A DNA stretch of 64,000 nt from Schlesneria paludicola DSM 18645 (GTDB taxonomy: Bacteria; Planctomycetota; Planctomycetia; Planctomycetales; Planctomycetaceae): contig CAMBQP010000001.1 of NCBI GenBank assembly GCA_945869955.1, positions 12,745 through 76,744 on the forward strand. The letters are read 5' to 3'. The notes beneath the pieces are model-generated. The model did not search any database. It worked only from the letters and a program-made list of their open reading frames with translations, and was not told the origin of the DNA. Position numbers and translations under genes: made by a program. Below, in pieces: positions 48,523 through 58,703 of this stretch. The first letter of the stretch is position 1. Each line of letters opens with the position of its first letter.

Positions 48523-49622
48523 CAGAACGGCGAAAACGGGAGCTGGAACGTATCGGCAACCGGTTTGTTTGTCACCTTTCCGTCGTGCAGATTGATCGCG
48601 TTGGCAAATCCTGGGTCTGCCGTGGCCATTGCCTTTAAACCCTGATTTGCCAGTCGCAGGACATACGGAAGTGTGACATTGCACAAGGCGTAGGTACTGG
48701 TTCGTCCCACGGCTCCTGGCATATTCGTCACGCAATAGTGGACGATCCCGTCGACAACATAGGTTGGGCTGGAATGAGTGGTCGGACGGGTCGTTTCCAC
48801 GCATCCCCCCTGGTCCACCGCCACATCGATGATGACCGCTCCTGGTTTCATCAATTTTAAATCGTCTCGCTTCACCAAACGGGGGGCACGAGCCCCTTCC
48901 ACGAGCACGGCGCCAATGACTAAATCGGCCAGCTGCAATTGTTCGCGGATATTATGGCGATCGCTAAAGACGGTATTCACATTCGGGGGCATGATGTCTT
49001 CGAGATAGCGTAATCGATCGACGTTGACATCGAGAATCACGACATCCGCCTGGAAACCGGCGGCAATTCGTGCCGCATTCTTACCGACGACTCCCCCCCC
49101 GAGGATTGCGATATGAGCGGGAGCCACACCGGGGACTCCGGCCAACAGAATTCCTCGCCCTAATTGCGGTCGTTCCAGGTATTTGGCCCCTTCCTGAATA
49201 CTCATTCGACCCGCGACTTCACTCATCGGTGTCAAGCAAGGAAGATCCCCTTTGGGGCCGCGGAGCGTCTCGTACGCAATCGCAGTGATCCCGCGAGCCA
49301 AAATCTTTTTTGTCAGCTCTTCGCTGGCCGCAAAATGAAAATAGGTAAAGACCAACTGGCCGGTGCGTAACAGCGGCCATTCTGTTGCCTGTGGCTCTTT
49401 CACCTTGACGATCAATTCGGCCAGTTCCCAGACCTCGGCCGCCGTCGCCACGATCCGGGCACCATTCGACGCGTAACTCTCGTCGGAAATACCACTTCCG
49501 AGCCCCGCACCTGCTTCGATCAGAACCTCGTGACCGGCATGGGTTAACTCGTCGACACCGACTGGCAACATCGCCACGCGATATTCGTCTGACTTGACTT
49601 CACGGGGGACACCGATACGCAT
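48519..49622 (-). CDS. ald: Alanine dehydrogenase
   Basis: MRIGVPREVKSDEYRV, VKVKEP, FTYFHFAA, PMSEVAGR, ILGGGVVG, DVAVDQGGC, YCVTNMPGAV. Confidence 0.96.
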   Translation of the reverse strand: MRIGVPREVKSDEYRVAMLPVGVDELTHAGHEVLIEAGAGLGSGISDESYASNGARIVATAAEVWELAELIVKVKEPQATEWPLLRTGQLVFTYFHFAASEELTKKILARGITAIAYETLRGPKGDLPCLTPMSEVAGRMSIQEGAKYLERPQLGRGILLAGVPGVAPAHIAILGGGVVGKNAARIAAGFQADVVILDVNVDRLRYLEDIMPPNVNTVFSDRHNIREQLQLADLVIGAVLVEGARAPRLVKRDDLKLMKPGAVIIDVAVDQGGCVETTRPTTHSSPTYVVDGIVHYCVTNMPGAVGRTSTYALCNVTLPYVLRLANQGLKAMATADPGFANAINLHDGKVTNKPVADTFQLPFSPFC

Positions 49623-49634
49623 GAGATGTTCCTT

Positions 49635-51689
49635 CTAGTCTTGCTTGAGCTGCACAGTGGTGCGGAGGCGGCGTCGATAAACAAACAAGGTCGAAAGTGT
49701 CAGCAAACCGACAAGCGCGCTGATCACCAGGCGACTCATTTGAGTAACTCGGCCGAGCGAATTGTTTGGACCGGGGATGACGCACAGTGTGCCTGACTCG
49801 TCCGAGTGATTGTCCATCCCGCCAGAGAGAGACGAGTCTCCCGCGTTGGCGTCTTGGTGGCACGATCCTGCTACCGAACAGGAATCTTCGATGCAGTCCG
49901 GTGACACCGAATTTTTTCCGGAACCTGCGTTGAAGCCGCCCCAACTATCGGTTCCCTGGGAGCCCTGCGGCGTGACGTTACCGCTGCGGGGAGGAACCGG
50001 TGCCGTTTTCAATCCCCCGGCCGCGAGCTTTGTCTGTTTCGCAGCAGTGTCATTTTCAGGGGCTTTCGCATGGCTCCAAAAATCACCTTTTAAGGGGCGA
50101 ATCGAGCTCGATTTCCCAGTTGCGGAGGGGCTGGAAAAATCGTCGTCGACCGAACTTTCCGAGGCCGCCGGAATGATTTTGACCCCCGGACTTTCCCGTC
50201 CAAGTTCCGCAACACGTTTGCCTTTGTCGCTGGACGTTCCCTTCAATCCTGAGGAAACCCCATGGGTTGCTTCCGACCCCGATTTGGCGGATCGCCAGGC
50301 AATCATGGTCGCATGGCTGACGACGGGTTTTCGGTGATTGCCAGCAGCCGGGGTGGTATCCGCTGATGAATTCCCTTGGAAATCATCGACCTTCTCGACC
50401 GAAGGATTGGTTTTTTCCACATCCGTCTCGGATTGGGTCGCTGATTCGTCATCGGATAATAAAATCCGTGGAATAAATTGTTTGCGTATCTTAAAGGAAA
50501 CGGCCTGCTCAGGTTCCAAGTCCGGTTCGTCGTCTGTGGACGCAAACGGCTGAGGGTCGGTTTCCTCTTGCCAGTCAGTTGTTTCCTCGACATTCGCGGC
50601 AGTGGATCGCTCTGCGTGAGGATCCGCCGTGGGCTGACGATCGGCTTCTTTCTGGGAGGTATGATCAACCAGACGGGTTTCCGCATCGTTCCCAGTGTCA
50701 TCCGCAGTAAAATCCCCGGCGTCATCCCCGGTGAAATCGGTGGTCGATGGTGAAAACACATCCGTAGAGACCACCTCTGCAGAAACGACCTCTGCCTGAT
50801 TCCCGCTCGCCGTGGTGTGATCAACTTCTGGCTGCGGTTCTGAATCCGCTTCCGCTTTTCCTTCGAGTCCCGCCGTGTTCTCTGCGTCAACGGAGATCGA
50901 TTCCGTGCGGTCGCTGAACGCTTCACGATCCCAGGAATCGGACGACGATTCCTCAATGTCCAATTTCGCCCCCAGTGCCTGTCGGAGATCTTTTGGGGAC
51001 GTGATCGGACTCGCTTGGGGAAGCTTCGCTTCCTGGTCAGCGAGCGAATCACGAACCGATTCGAACGCTCTGGCCGTTCGTTGTTTGACGCGTGACGATT
51101 CCGCCGCCAACTCTTTGTTGCTCGCCGGCACAATCTCTTCAGTGAGAGACGAAATGAGCGTTTTCTTTTGCGGGGCAGAATTCACGGCCTGCCGGACTTT
51201 CGAGGATTTTTCCACCGAAACGGCAACGGGTCCGCCATCACGCGCATCACGCAAAGTTTTGGCTGCAAGGGCTTCTTTTGCTGCCAGTTTTGCTTTCCTT
51301 TGACGCAACTCACGAACATATTTTGCCGTTGCCGCGGGGGAAACATCTTCGGCGGATGAGACCGCTTTCGAGGCGGTTTCCGAGATTTTGGCAGCTCGTT
51401 CGGCGAGAAAACAGGCTCGTTCGAGTTCGCCACGCTCTTCTGCCGATTGAGACTCGACTAATAAGGTCCGAATCGCCTCATCAAATCGATTCTTCGCTTG
51501 CGCTGGTCTTGATTGTGGTGCGATGCGACCCGCTGGTCGTGAAAACCATTCCGCGAACCCCGGACTCGGATGACAGGCCAGCAGCGAAGCCGCCGTCAGC
51601 CCCGCAACTGCGGTATACCGAATCTGGTGCGACCACCACACGCTTTTTGCACGAAAATGAATCACTCGCGCACCCTCTTCCCAAGGCAA
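49635..51689 (-). CDS. Large low-complexity acidic protein with an N-terminal signal and a C-terminal TM anchor
   Basis: 684-aa ORF rich in D/E/S/T/A; N-terminal hydrophobic stretch; C-terminal LVISALVGLLTLSTLFVYRRRLR. Confidence 0.7.
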   Translation of the reverse strand: MPWEEGARVIHFRAKSVWWSHQIRYTAVAGLTAASLLACHPSPGFAEWFSRPAGRIAPQSRPAQAKNRFDEAIRTLLVESQSAEERGELERACFLAERAAKISETASKAVSSAEDVSPAATAKYVRELRQRKAKLAAKEALAAKTLRDARDGGPVAVSVEKSSKVRQAVNSAPQKKTLISSLTEEIVPASNKELAAESSRVKQRTARAFESVRDSLADQEAKLPQASPITSPKDLRQALGAKLDIEESSSDSWDREAFSDRTESISVDAENTAGLEGKAEADSEPQPEVDHTTASGNQAEVVSAEVVSTDVFSPSTTDFTGDDAGDFTADDTGNDAETRLVDHTSQKEADRQPTADPHAERSTAANVEETTDWQEETDPQPFASTDDEPDLEPEQAVSFKIRKQFIPRILLSDDESATQSETDVEKTNPSVEKVDDFQGNSSADTTPAAGNHRKPVVSHATMIAWRSAKSGSEATHGVSSGLKGTSSDKGKRVAELGRESPGVKIIPAASESSVDDDFSSPSATGKSSSIRPLKGDFWSHAKAPENDTAAKQTKLAAGGLKTAPVPPRSGNVTPQGSQGTDSWGGFNAGSGKNSVSPDCIEDSCSVAGSCHQDANAGDSSLSGGMDNHSDESGTLCVIPGPNNSLGRVTQMSRLVISALVGLLTLSTLFVYRRRLRTTVQLKQD

Positions 51690-51911
51690 ATCAAAAACTC
51701 AATTGGACTGTTTTCAACAGACCATACACTCCTTTCGATCGGTTGTTCTGCGTGTCCCGCTTAAAAGACTTGAAGCGACTTTGACGATTTTACGGGGCTA
51801 TCTTGTTTTAACCCCCCTATAAGTTACCCAATTCAACATTCGGGATTTGCGTATTTCCCACGCAGTGGAAAATCTACCCAGCCGCGGGGGGATCCAAATC
51901 GCGTAAAGAGC

Positions 51912-53276
51912 TCAGGATTCGAGTCGAATATCAACGCTCGCACTATGAGCCGTCAATCCCTCGACAGCGGCGATGCGACGAATATCATCAGCGGCATCGG
52001 CCAACGCATCCTGGTTGTAATAAATGACGCTTGATCGTTTCAAGAAATCATTAGCACAAAGCCCGTTGGCAAATCGGGCGGTCCCTCCTGTCGGTAAGAC
52101 GTGCGATGGGCCTGCAAAATAGTCCCCGACTGCCACAGGGGTCATGTGCCCCAGAAAAATCGCCCCTGCATTCTGAATCTGGTCCAGCAGCCGCTCGGGA
52201 TCACTGGTCGAAATGTGCAGGTGTTCGGGAGCCATCAAATCGGTTAATTCGACGGCCTGAGCTTCATCACGGGCAAGAATCAGTGCCCCATAGTCATTCA
52301 AACTGGTCAGCGCCAGATCGCACCGAGGCAATGTGGCCAATTGTTTTGTCAGTTCTGCGCGGACCGCTTCAATCAGTGGTGCGTGCCAAGTGATCAAAAC
52401 CCCCGACCCAGGACTATGTTCGGCCTGCGAGATCAGATCTGCGGCGACGAATCGAGGATTCGCCGTCTCATCCGCCAGCATCACGACTTCACTAGGGCCC
52501 GCAATACTATCGATGTCGACTTCACCAAACACATGCTGTTTGGCAAGTGCCACAAACAGGTTTCCTGGACCGACAATTTTATCAACACGAGGAAGCCCCT
52601 CGATACCGTAAGCCATCGCGGCCACCGCTTGAGCACCACCAATTCGATAAACTTCGGTCACTCCGACTTCCGCACAGGTTGCCAGCAATGATGCGTTATA
52701 TCCTCCAAATTCGGTAGGGGGGACGACGACCGCAATTTCCTTGACTCCGGCCGCCTTGGCGGGAACGGCGGTCATGAGCACCGTTGACGGGTAAGCAGCA
52801 GCTCCCCCCGGCACACAGATACCGATCCGTCGCAGCGCTCGATACCGCTGACGCAGTTCGACGCGACTGGTCCCATCCTGGCGAATCAGACTCAGATCCT
52901 CATGCAAAATCCGACTCTGAAACTCCAGGATATTCTCGCGAATCTTGCGGATCGTATCGAGGAACGAGCGATCACAGGCCGCGTGTGCTGCGGCAAGTTC
53001 TGCGGCGGTGACACGAATCGTCGCCGCCGTTAACACTTTCTGATCCAGTTTTTCGGTATATTCGAGGACAGCCGGTAAACCCCGCTGACGAACATCCGCA
53101 CAGATTCGCTGGACAACTTGACGCGGTGCCAGCGGCTCTCCGAACAGCGAGATTGTCCGCTGTCGCCCTGCTGCGGAAACAACATCCCCCTGTGGACTCA
53201 ATTTCTGCCGTAATTCGGCCAAGGCGACCAAGGGATCCTGAACGGAACAATCGATGGTGGGGATGCTCAAATTCAC
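51912..53276 (-). CDS. hisD: Histidinol dehydrogenase
   Basis: GICVPGG.AAYPSTVLM, GGAQAVAA, KIVGPGN, AGPSE, DLISQAEH, APEHL, GDYFAGPSHVLPT; GTG start at 53276 is likely. Confidence 0.96.
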   Translation of the reverse strand: MNLSIPTIDCSVQDPLVALAELRQKLSPQGDVVSAAGRQRTISLFGEPLAPRQVVQRICADVRQRGLPAVLEYTEKLDQKVLTAATIRVTAAELAAAHAACDRSFLDTIRKIRENILEFQSRILHEDLSLIRQDGTSRVELRQRYRALRRIGICVPGGAAAYPSTVLMTAVPAKAAGVKEIAVVVPPTEFGGYNASLLATCAEVGVTEVYRIGGAQAVAAMAYGIEGLPRVDKIVGPGNLFVALAKQHVFGEVDIDSIAGPSEVVMLADETANPRFVAADLISQAEHSPGSGVLITWHAPLIEAVRAELTKQLATLPRCDLALTSLNDYGALILARDEAQAVELTDLMAPEHLHISTSDPERLLDQIQNAGAIFLGHMTPVAVGDYFAGPSHVLPTGGTARFANGLCANDFLKRSSVIYYNQDALADAADDIRRIAAVEGLTAHSASVDIRLES

Positions 53277-53402
53277 AGTGAAAAACTCAATCTCAATAAG
53301 GGGCAATGGAACGGGGCAAGGAACGTGCAACGGGACAGATGTCAGGGCAGATATCGTGGCATGCGCCCGGAATAAAAAAAGTTACCATCGGGTGGCCCTG
53401 AT

Positions 53403-53993
53403 TTACGAAGAGGATTTTGAGGTGGATTTTCCCTTCAGGGCCCCTTTGACGGCTGCTTCAATCTCTTCGTGCTTCAACTCTTTGTCCTCATGACTTTCGA
53501 AGATTTTGAAGAGCTTGCCATCTTTGCCGTAGACTTTGAAGTGCGGGAGTGCCCCATCGGTAATCTCAAACGCCTCGGCACCCTCTTCCGAGAGATCCAG
53601 CGAACTGACAAGGTTCTCGAAATGGGCATCATTCAGCGCCAAAAATCGTTTGACCGCTTCCGGGGCCTGGTCCTTGACCGGTTTGTCAAAGCTGAGCGAA
53701 ACCACAACGACCCCCTGGCCCGCATAGGCTTTGCTCAGTTCAACGGTCTTCGGAAAGGCTTTGCGGCAGGGGTTACACCAAGTCGCCCAACAATCGACGA
53801 CAATCACCTTTCCTTTGTTTGAGGCAATCACCTTGTCGTAGCCCGCTTTATCCACAACCCGAACGCTAATCGATTTGTTCTCTTGCCCCCGCAATGGACC
53901 GTTAACACTGACCAACCCCATACCAGCCAGTACGAGACCTGTACACAGCAGACTTGCACTGAACCACCTACACTGCGTCTGAATGTCATCCAT
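53403..53993 (-). CDS. TlpA/thioredoxin-like protein with a signal peptide or TM anchor
   Basis: GKVIVVDCWATWCNPC, VVSLSFD, GALPHFKVY. Confidence 0.85.
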   Translation of the reverse strand: MDDIQTQCRWFSASLLCTGLVLAGMGLVSVNGPLRGQENKSISVRVVDKAGYDKVIASNKGKVIVVDCWATWCNPCRKAFPKTVELSKAYAGQGVVVVSLSFDKPVKDQAPEAVKRFLALNDAHFENLVSSLDLSEEGAEAFEITDGALPHFKVYGKDGKLFKIFESHEDKELKHEEIEAAVKGALKGKSTSKSSS

Positions 53994-54250
53994 GATGCTG
54001 CTTTTCCCACAAAAACGTTTGATCACCCGACGATATGACACTTCGTACATGTCACTACTGAAAAGCTTACTGACCGTGCCACTGAAGTCTAGTGAGGCCA
54101 TGGTCTTTCCCCACCCCAAAAAAGGGGCGTCGTTCGATTCGGTCTGATTCTACTCGAATCGCCGTTCAGGAACGGCCAGCAAACACCCGCGAGGTAAACT
54201 CTTCACGCAGAATACCAGACAGCTCCCCTTCATCTTTGGGTCGAAACTCG

Positions 54251-54285
54251 TGTTGAGATCAAACAGGATGTTGAGATCAAACAGG
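54251..54285. repeat. Tandem duplication TGTTGAGATCAAACAGG (period 18)
   Basis: Identical 17-mers at 54251-54267 and 54269-54285, intergenic. Confidence 0.85.
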
Positions 54286-54327
54286 GTGGTCGCTGGTTCG
54301 GCTTCGGGAGTTAAAAGTCAGGGCTCT

Positions 54328-55494
54328 TCAGTAGATTTGCTGCAGCAGGCTGAGTAATTCCTGATCCCCGACATCACACGGGTTACCACTCATACTGTTG
54401 CCACGGGAAGCGGGGACCAGCAGTGGCAGCTGATCGGCACTCACACCCAAATCTCGCAAGCGACTCGGAATCCCAATGTCGCGACATAGAGACTCGATTC
54501 GGCTCACGAATGCCCCAGCGGCAACGGCGTTGGTGGAATGGTGAGAATCAAATAGCCGTTCCAGTTCTGCGAGCTCACGTTCGCGGACCGACTGATTCAC
54601 TTTGAGTGCCGTCGAGAGCATCACCGCACAGGCGAGTCCATGCGGAATTCGGCAGTGAACCCCCAGCGCCGCGGCAACACCGTGGGCCAGCCCTAATCCC
54701 GAGTTCGCCAGCGCCAGCCCGGATAACAGTGCGGCGTGAGCCATCGCCTCGCGATCGGGTCTCGAACGACCGTCCCGAACCACTGCCGGTAATGCGGGAA
54801 TCGCGTATTTTAATCCCGACAGACAGAGCGCCTGGGGAATCGGTGCCGCACGTCGGGAAATGTAACTTTCAATTAACTGTGTGATTGCATCCATCCCTGT
54901 ATACGCGGTTGTCTCGCGTGACAGACTCACTGTCAATTCGGGATCAATCAACACGATGCGGGGGACCATTAAGTCGCTGCGAATGCTTTTCTTGAACGCA
55001 GGTTGATAAGACGAAATGACCGCATTTTTTGTCACTTCGGTCCCCGTGCCGGATGTGGTTGGAACCGCGATCAGCGGGAGCGGAGGGAGGGTGATCTGCA
55101 GGCCTCGACCGACACCTTCCAGAAAATCCTGCACAGAATCTCCGTGGCGATTCTGTACCACGGCTGCTGCCGCTTTGGCGAGATCAATGGTCGAACCCCC
55201 GCCGATGGCGACCACGACATCCCGATCATTCGGTGACAGTCTGCGAAATTCGTTCACCAGGGCATCAACATCGGCCACCTCGGGCTCGCGTGAGGCCACC
55301 TGGAAACGATGCAGCGGAACAGCGGGGTTGGTAAATCCCGACACAATTTGCTCAATCAGGCCAGTTCGCTCGAGTGTTCTGCTGCCGGAAATCAGCAAGA
55401 TCCGGCCCCCAAGTCGAGCGGCCAGTTTCGGCAGTTCGGTTCGTCGTCCCCAACCAAAGACGATCTGATTCGGTGCGAGAAAATCGTAATTCAT
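54328..55494 (-). CDS. Iron-containing alcohol dehydrogenase family protein
   Basis: FGWG, IGGGSTID, PTTSGTGTE, GMDAITQLIESY, GLAHG...IPHG metal-binding histidines. Confidence 0.92.
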   Translation of the reverse strand: MNYDFLAPNQIVFGWGRRTELPKLAARLGGRILLISGSRTLERTGLIEQIVSGFTNPAVPLHRFQVASREPEVADVDALVNEFRRLSPNDRDVVVAIGGGSTIDLAKAAAAVVQNRHGDSVQDFLEGVGRGLQITLPPLPLIAVPTTSGTGTEVTKNAVISSYQPAFKKSIRSDLMVPRIVLIDPELTVSLSRETTAYTGMDAITQLIESYISRRAAPIPQALCLSGLKYAIPALPAVVRDGRSRPDREAMAHAALLSGLALANSGLGLAHGVAAALGVHCRIPHGLACAVMLSTALKVNQSVRERELAELERLFDSHHSTNAVAAGAFVSRIESLCRDIGIPSRLRDLGVSADQLPLLVPASRGNSMSGNPCDVGDQELLSLLQQIY

Positions 55495-55603
55495 GATGAG
55501 CCACAGTATACTGACGAAACGGCTGGACGTCGCTGCTGAGGGCTGCCACAGTATCCAGCAGGATGATTTTGAATTTGATTTTGCGGGTTTAAAGGATGAC
55601 GCG

Positions 55604-56428
55604 ATGTCCGCGAATTTAACACCGATCAAAACGACGTTCACTCGTCGTTCAATCTGGATCCTGGCGGCGCTCCTCGTGCTGAGCAGTGTCGTCGGCATCA
55701 CGGCGTTTGCACAATTCAAAAAGACCCCCAAAGGGGAAGTCTGGGGTTTTCAAGTCGACGCGACGTATCCGCACGATCAGGCCGCTTTTACCCAGGGGCT
55801 GGTTTTCACCCAGGGGCGGCTGCTGGAAGGGACCGGAAAAAAAGGAGAATCGTCGCTACGACTGGTGGACCTGAAGACGGGAAAAGTACAAAAACAGGCC
55901 GATCTGAACGCCCATTATTTTGGCGAAGGGATCACGGTGATTGGCCCGCGGATCTACCAGTTAACGTGGCAAAATCGGATCGGGCTGGTTTATGACATCG
56001 AGACCTTTGATCTCGAAACCACCTTTCAATACACCGGTGAAGGCTGGGGGCTGACCAATGATGGCAAACGGTTAATCATGAGCGATGGAACAGCCACGCT
56101 CCGATTTCTCGATCCCGGCACGTTTGAAGTCGTTAAGCGGATCACGGTCCGTAACTCCGAAGGGAAGGTCTCGAAACTCAACGAACTGGAATATGTCAAC
56201 GGCGAAATCTGGGCCAATATCTGGTACGAAGACCGGATCGCACGCGTTTCGCCGGAAAGTGGCGAAGTACTGGGCTGGATCGATCTGAGTGGACTTTACC
56301 CTCGCAGCAAACGGGGGAGTAACGAAGATGTGCTGAATGGAATTGCGTACGACCCGGAAAGCAAGCGGTTGCTCGTGACCGGCAAGAACTGGCCCAAACT
56401 GTACGAAATCACGGTCAAACGAAAGTAA
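55604..56428 (+). CDS. Glutaminyl-peptide cyclotransferase (plant/bacterial type II QC)
   Basis: YPHDQAAFTQGL, EGTG, FGEG, QLTW, EGWGL, SDGT, LNELE, VLNGIAYD, VTGKNWP. Confidence 0.93.
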   Translation: MSANLTPIKTTFTRRSIWILAALLVLSSVVGITAFAQFKKTPKGEVWGFQVDATYPHDQAAFTQGLVFTQGRLLEGTGKKGESSLRLVDLKTGKVQKQADLNAHYFGEGITVIGPRIYQLTWQNRIGLVYDIETFDLETTFQYTGEGWGLTNDGKRLIMSDGTATLRFLDPGTFEVVKRITVRNSEGKVSKLNELEYVNGEIWANIWYEDRIARVSPESGEVLGWIDLSGLYPRSKRGSNEDVLNGIAYDPESKRLLVTGKNWPKLYEITVKRK

Positions 56429-56554
56429 GTGACCCGGCTTTCCATCGTTCTCGGCAAGGAATTCTGGTAGTCTTCGCGGCATCTTGTTCGACGTTTTGCT
56501 GAGGATCAATTCTGTTTGACTTGATTCAATGACCCTGTACAAAGAGGTGCTCCG

Positions 56555-57610
56555 TTGCCCGTTTTAAAAGATGCTGAACTGACCCAATTTTCATCGGCAC
56601 TCTTCCGAGCTGCTGGCGTTCCGGAAGCCCAATCCGAGTTGGTAGCCCGCAGTCTGGTCGAATCCAACCTTCGAGGACACGATTCCCATGGTGTGATGCG
56701 GGTTCCGTTCTATATCGGAAAAGTTCTCGACGGGACGCTCAATCCTCAGGCCGCGCTGATCGTCGAAAAGGAATCGCCCAGCTCGCTCATGTGCGATGGG
56801 GGTTGGGGACTGGGGCAGGTCTTGTCACAGGATCTGATGCAGCGACTCATCGCCAAATGTCAGACCTCGGCCATCGTTTGCGGCACGCTTCGCCGCGCCT
56901 GCCACATCGGTCGACTGGGTGAATATGCCGAGATGGCGGCGGCCAAGGGTTTGACCGCCATGGTGATTGCCAACAATCACGGAGCCGCGCAGCGGGTGGC
57001 ACCGGTCGGAGGAAAACGGCCGCGACTGGGGACAAATCCGATCTGCATCGGAATGCCCGGTGGGGCCAAAGGGCCATTCGTGTTTGATATCGGGACCAGC
57101 GCCACCGCCGAGGGAAAAGTCCGCGTGAAAAAGATTGCCGGGCAATCCGTACCCCTTGGCTGGATTCTGGATCCAGATGGCAAACCGACCGCCGACCCCA
57201 ATCAACTCTACGGAAATCCACCAGGGACGATTCTCCCGCTTGGCGGTGATCAGGCCTACAAGGGATTCGGTCTGGCGTTCATGATTGAAATGCTGGCGGG
57301 GGGATTCTCAGGGGGACAATGCGCCTTCCCCAATCCGCCACCTCCATTGGGGAATTGTGCCATGTTCTGGGTGATGAACCCCGAATTTTTCGGTGGCTCA
57401 CAACACATCCAACAGGAAGTCGGTCAGCTGGAAACGTATGTTCGTGAGGTTCCCCGAATTGACGGAGTCGCGCAAGTGACTTTGCCGGGCGATCCCGAAC
57501 GAAACACCCTGCAGGCCCGAAGGGAAGCGGGAATTCCGCTCGACGAGGGGAACTGGAAAGCGCTGACCGATCTCGCCAGCCAACTGAAGGTCCCCGTCCC
57601 CTCCGTTTGA
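56555..57610 (+). CDS. Ldh_2 family oxidoreductase (malate/L-lactate/sulfolactate dehydrogenase-like)
   Basis: LRGHDSHG, HIGRLG, GTNPI, FDIGTS, LPLGG...YKGFGL, LPGDPE. Confidence 0.92.
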   Translation: MPVLKDAELTQFSSALFRAAGVPEAQSELVARSLVESNLRGHDSHGVMRVPFYIGKVLDGTLNPQAALIVEKESPSSLMCDGGWGLGQVLSQDLMQRLIAKCQTSAIVCGTLRRACHIGRLGEYAEMAAAKGLTAMVIANNHGAAQRVAPVGGKRPRLGTNPICIGMPGGAKGPFVFDIGTSATAEGKVRVKKIAGQSVPLGWILDPDGKPTADPNQLYGNPPGTILPLGGDQAYKGFGLAFMIEMLAGGFSGGQCAFPNPPPPLGNCAMFWVMNPEFFGGSQHIQQEVGQLETYVREVPRIDGVAQVTLPGDPERNTLQARREAGIPLDEGNWKALTDLASQLKVPVPSV

Positions 57611-57647
57611 AACCGATTAAAACCCCCTGTAGGTCAGGAATACGAAG

Positions 57648-58655
57648 ATGTCGCATCCCTATGCGAGTGAGCTCGCAACTGGACTGGCTGCGGTCCGCGC
57701 AGCGGCCCGAATTTGTCAGACCGTTCAAGCAACGATTACCCCCGAGGCTTTGGAAAAAAAAGACCTCAGCCCCGTCACGATTGCTGACTTCGCCAGCCAG
57801 GGGGTGATCTGTCACGCCATCGGCGAGTCGTTTCCGGCAGACCCCATCATCGCGGAAGAGGATTCGCAAGAGTTGCATCAACCCGAAAATGCCCGATTTC
57901 TTGAGCAGATCTCCAGCTTGATTCAGCAGGATTACCGGACCGCATCTGCCGACGAGATTTGCCGCTGGATTGATCGAGGGGGAGCCAACACATTTTCCCA
58001 ACGGTTCTGGACACTCGACCCCATCGATGGGACCAAGGGATTTCTGCGTCGGGAGCAATACGCGATTTCCCTTGCTCTGATCATTGATGGCCAGATTGCA
58101 CTGGGGATTCTCGGCTGCCCGAATTTGGCAACCAGAAATCCTCGGGGACATTCACTCTTTTACGCCATCGCGGGCCGCGGAGCCTTCTCGACCACGCTCG
58201 AACCGGGGGCAGAGATCACGCCCATTCGAGTGACTCAATCCACCGACCCTGCGCTGGCTCGGTTTTGTGAATCGTTCGAGTCCGGGCATAGTGCGCATGA
58301 CGAGTCCGCAATGATTGCCGAAAAACTGCGGATCACCGCCTCGCCAGTTCGCATGGATAGCCAAGCCAAGTATGCCACCGTTGCCGCAGGAGAGGCCGAT
58401 GTCTATTTGCGACTTCCCACCAAAGCCGGCTATTACGAAAAAATCTGGGATCATGCGGGAGGGGTGCTGATTGTTCAAGAGGCTGGCGGGACCGTGACCG
58501 ACCTGCAAGGCCAACCGCTCAACTTCTCGTGCGGACGTGAGCTACGAGAAAATCGAGGGGTGATTGTGACGAATGGTCCATTACATCCCGCAGTCCTCGC
58601 CGCCGCTCAATCCATCATCGCCCAAAAGGCCGCGAATCAGCCTGTAAATCGGTGA
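57648..58655 (+). CDS. 3'(2'),5'-bisphosphate nucleotidase, HAL2-type
   Basis: SPVTIADF, IIAEED, WTLDPIDGTKGF, CPNL, DSQAKY, EKIWDHAGG. Confidence 0.9.
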   Translation: MSHPYASELATGLAAVRAAARICQTVQATITPEALEKKDLSPVTIADFASQGVICHAIGESFPADPIIAEEDSQELHQPENARFLEQISSLIQQDYRTASADEICRWIDRGGANTFSQRFWTLDPIDGTKGFLRREQYAISLALIIDGQIALGILGCPNLATRNPRGHSLFYAIAGRGAFSTTLEPGAEITPIRVTQSTDPALARFCESFESGHSAHDESAMIAEKLRITASPVRMDSQAKYATVAAGEADVYLRLPTKAGYYEKIWDHAGGVLIVQEAGGTVTDLQGQPLNFSCGRELRENRGVIVTNGPLHPAVLAAAQSIIAQKAANQPVNR

Positions 58656-58703
58656 AGTGCACAACCTCAACCATGGTCTTGGGGCAAGAAGGACAAAATC
58701 GGT

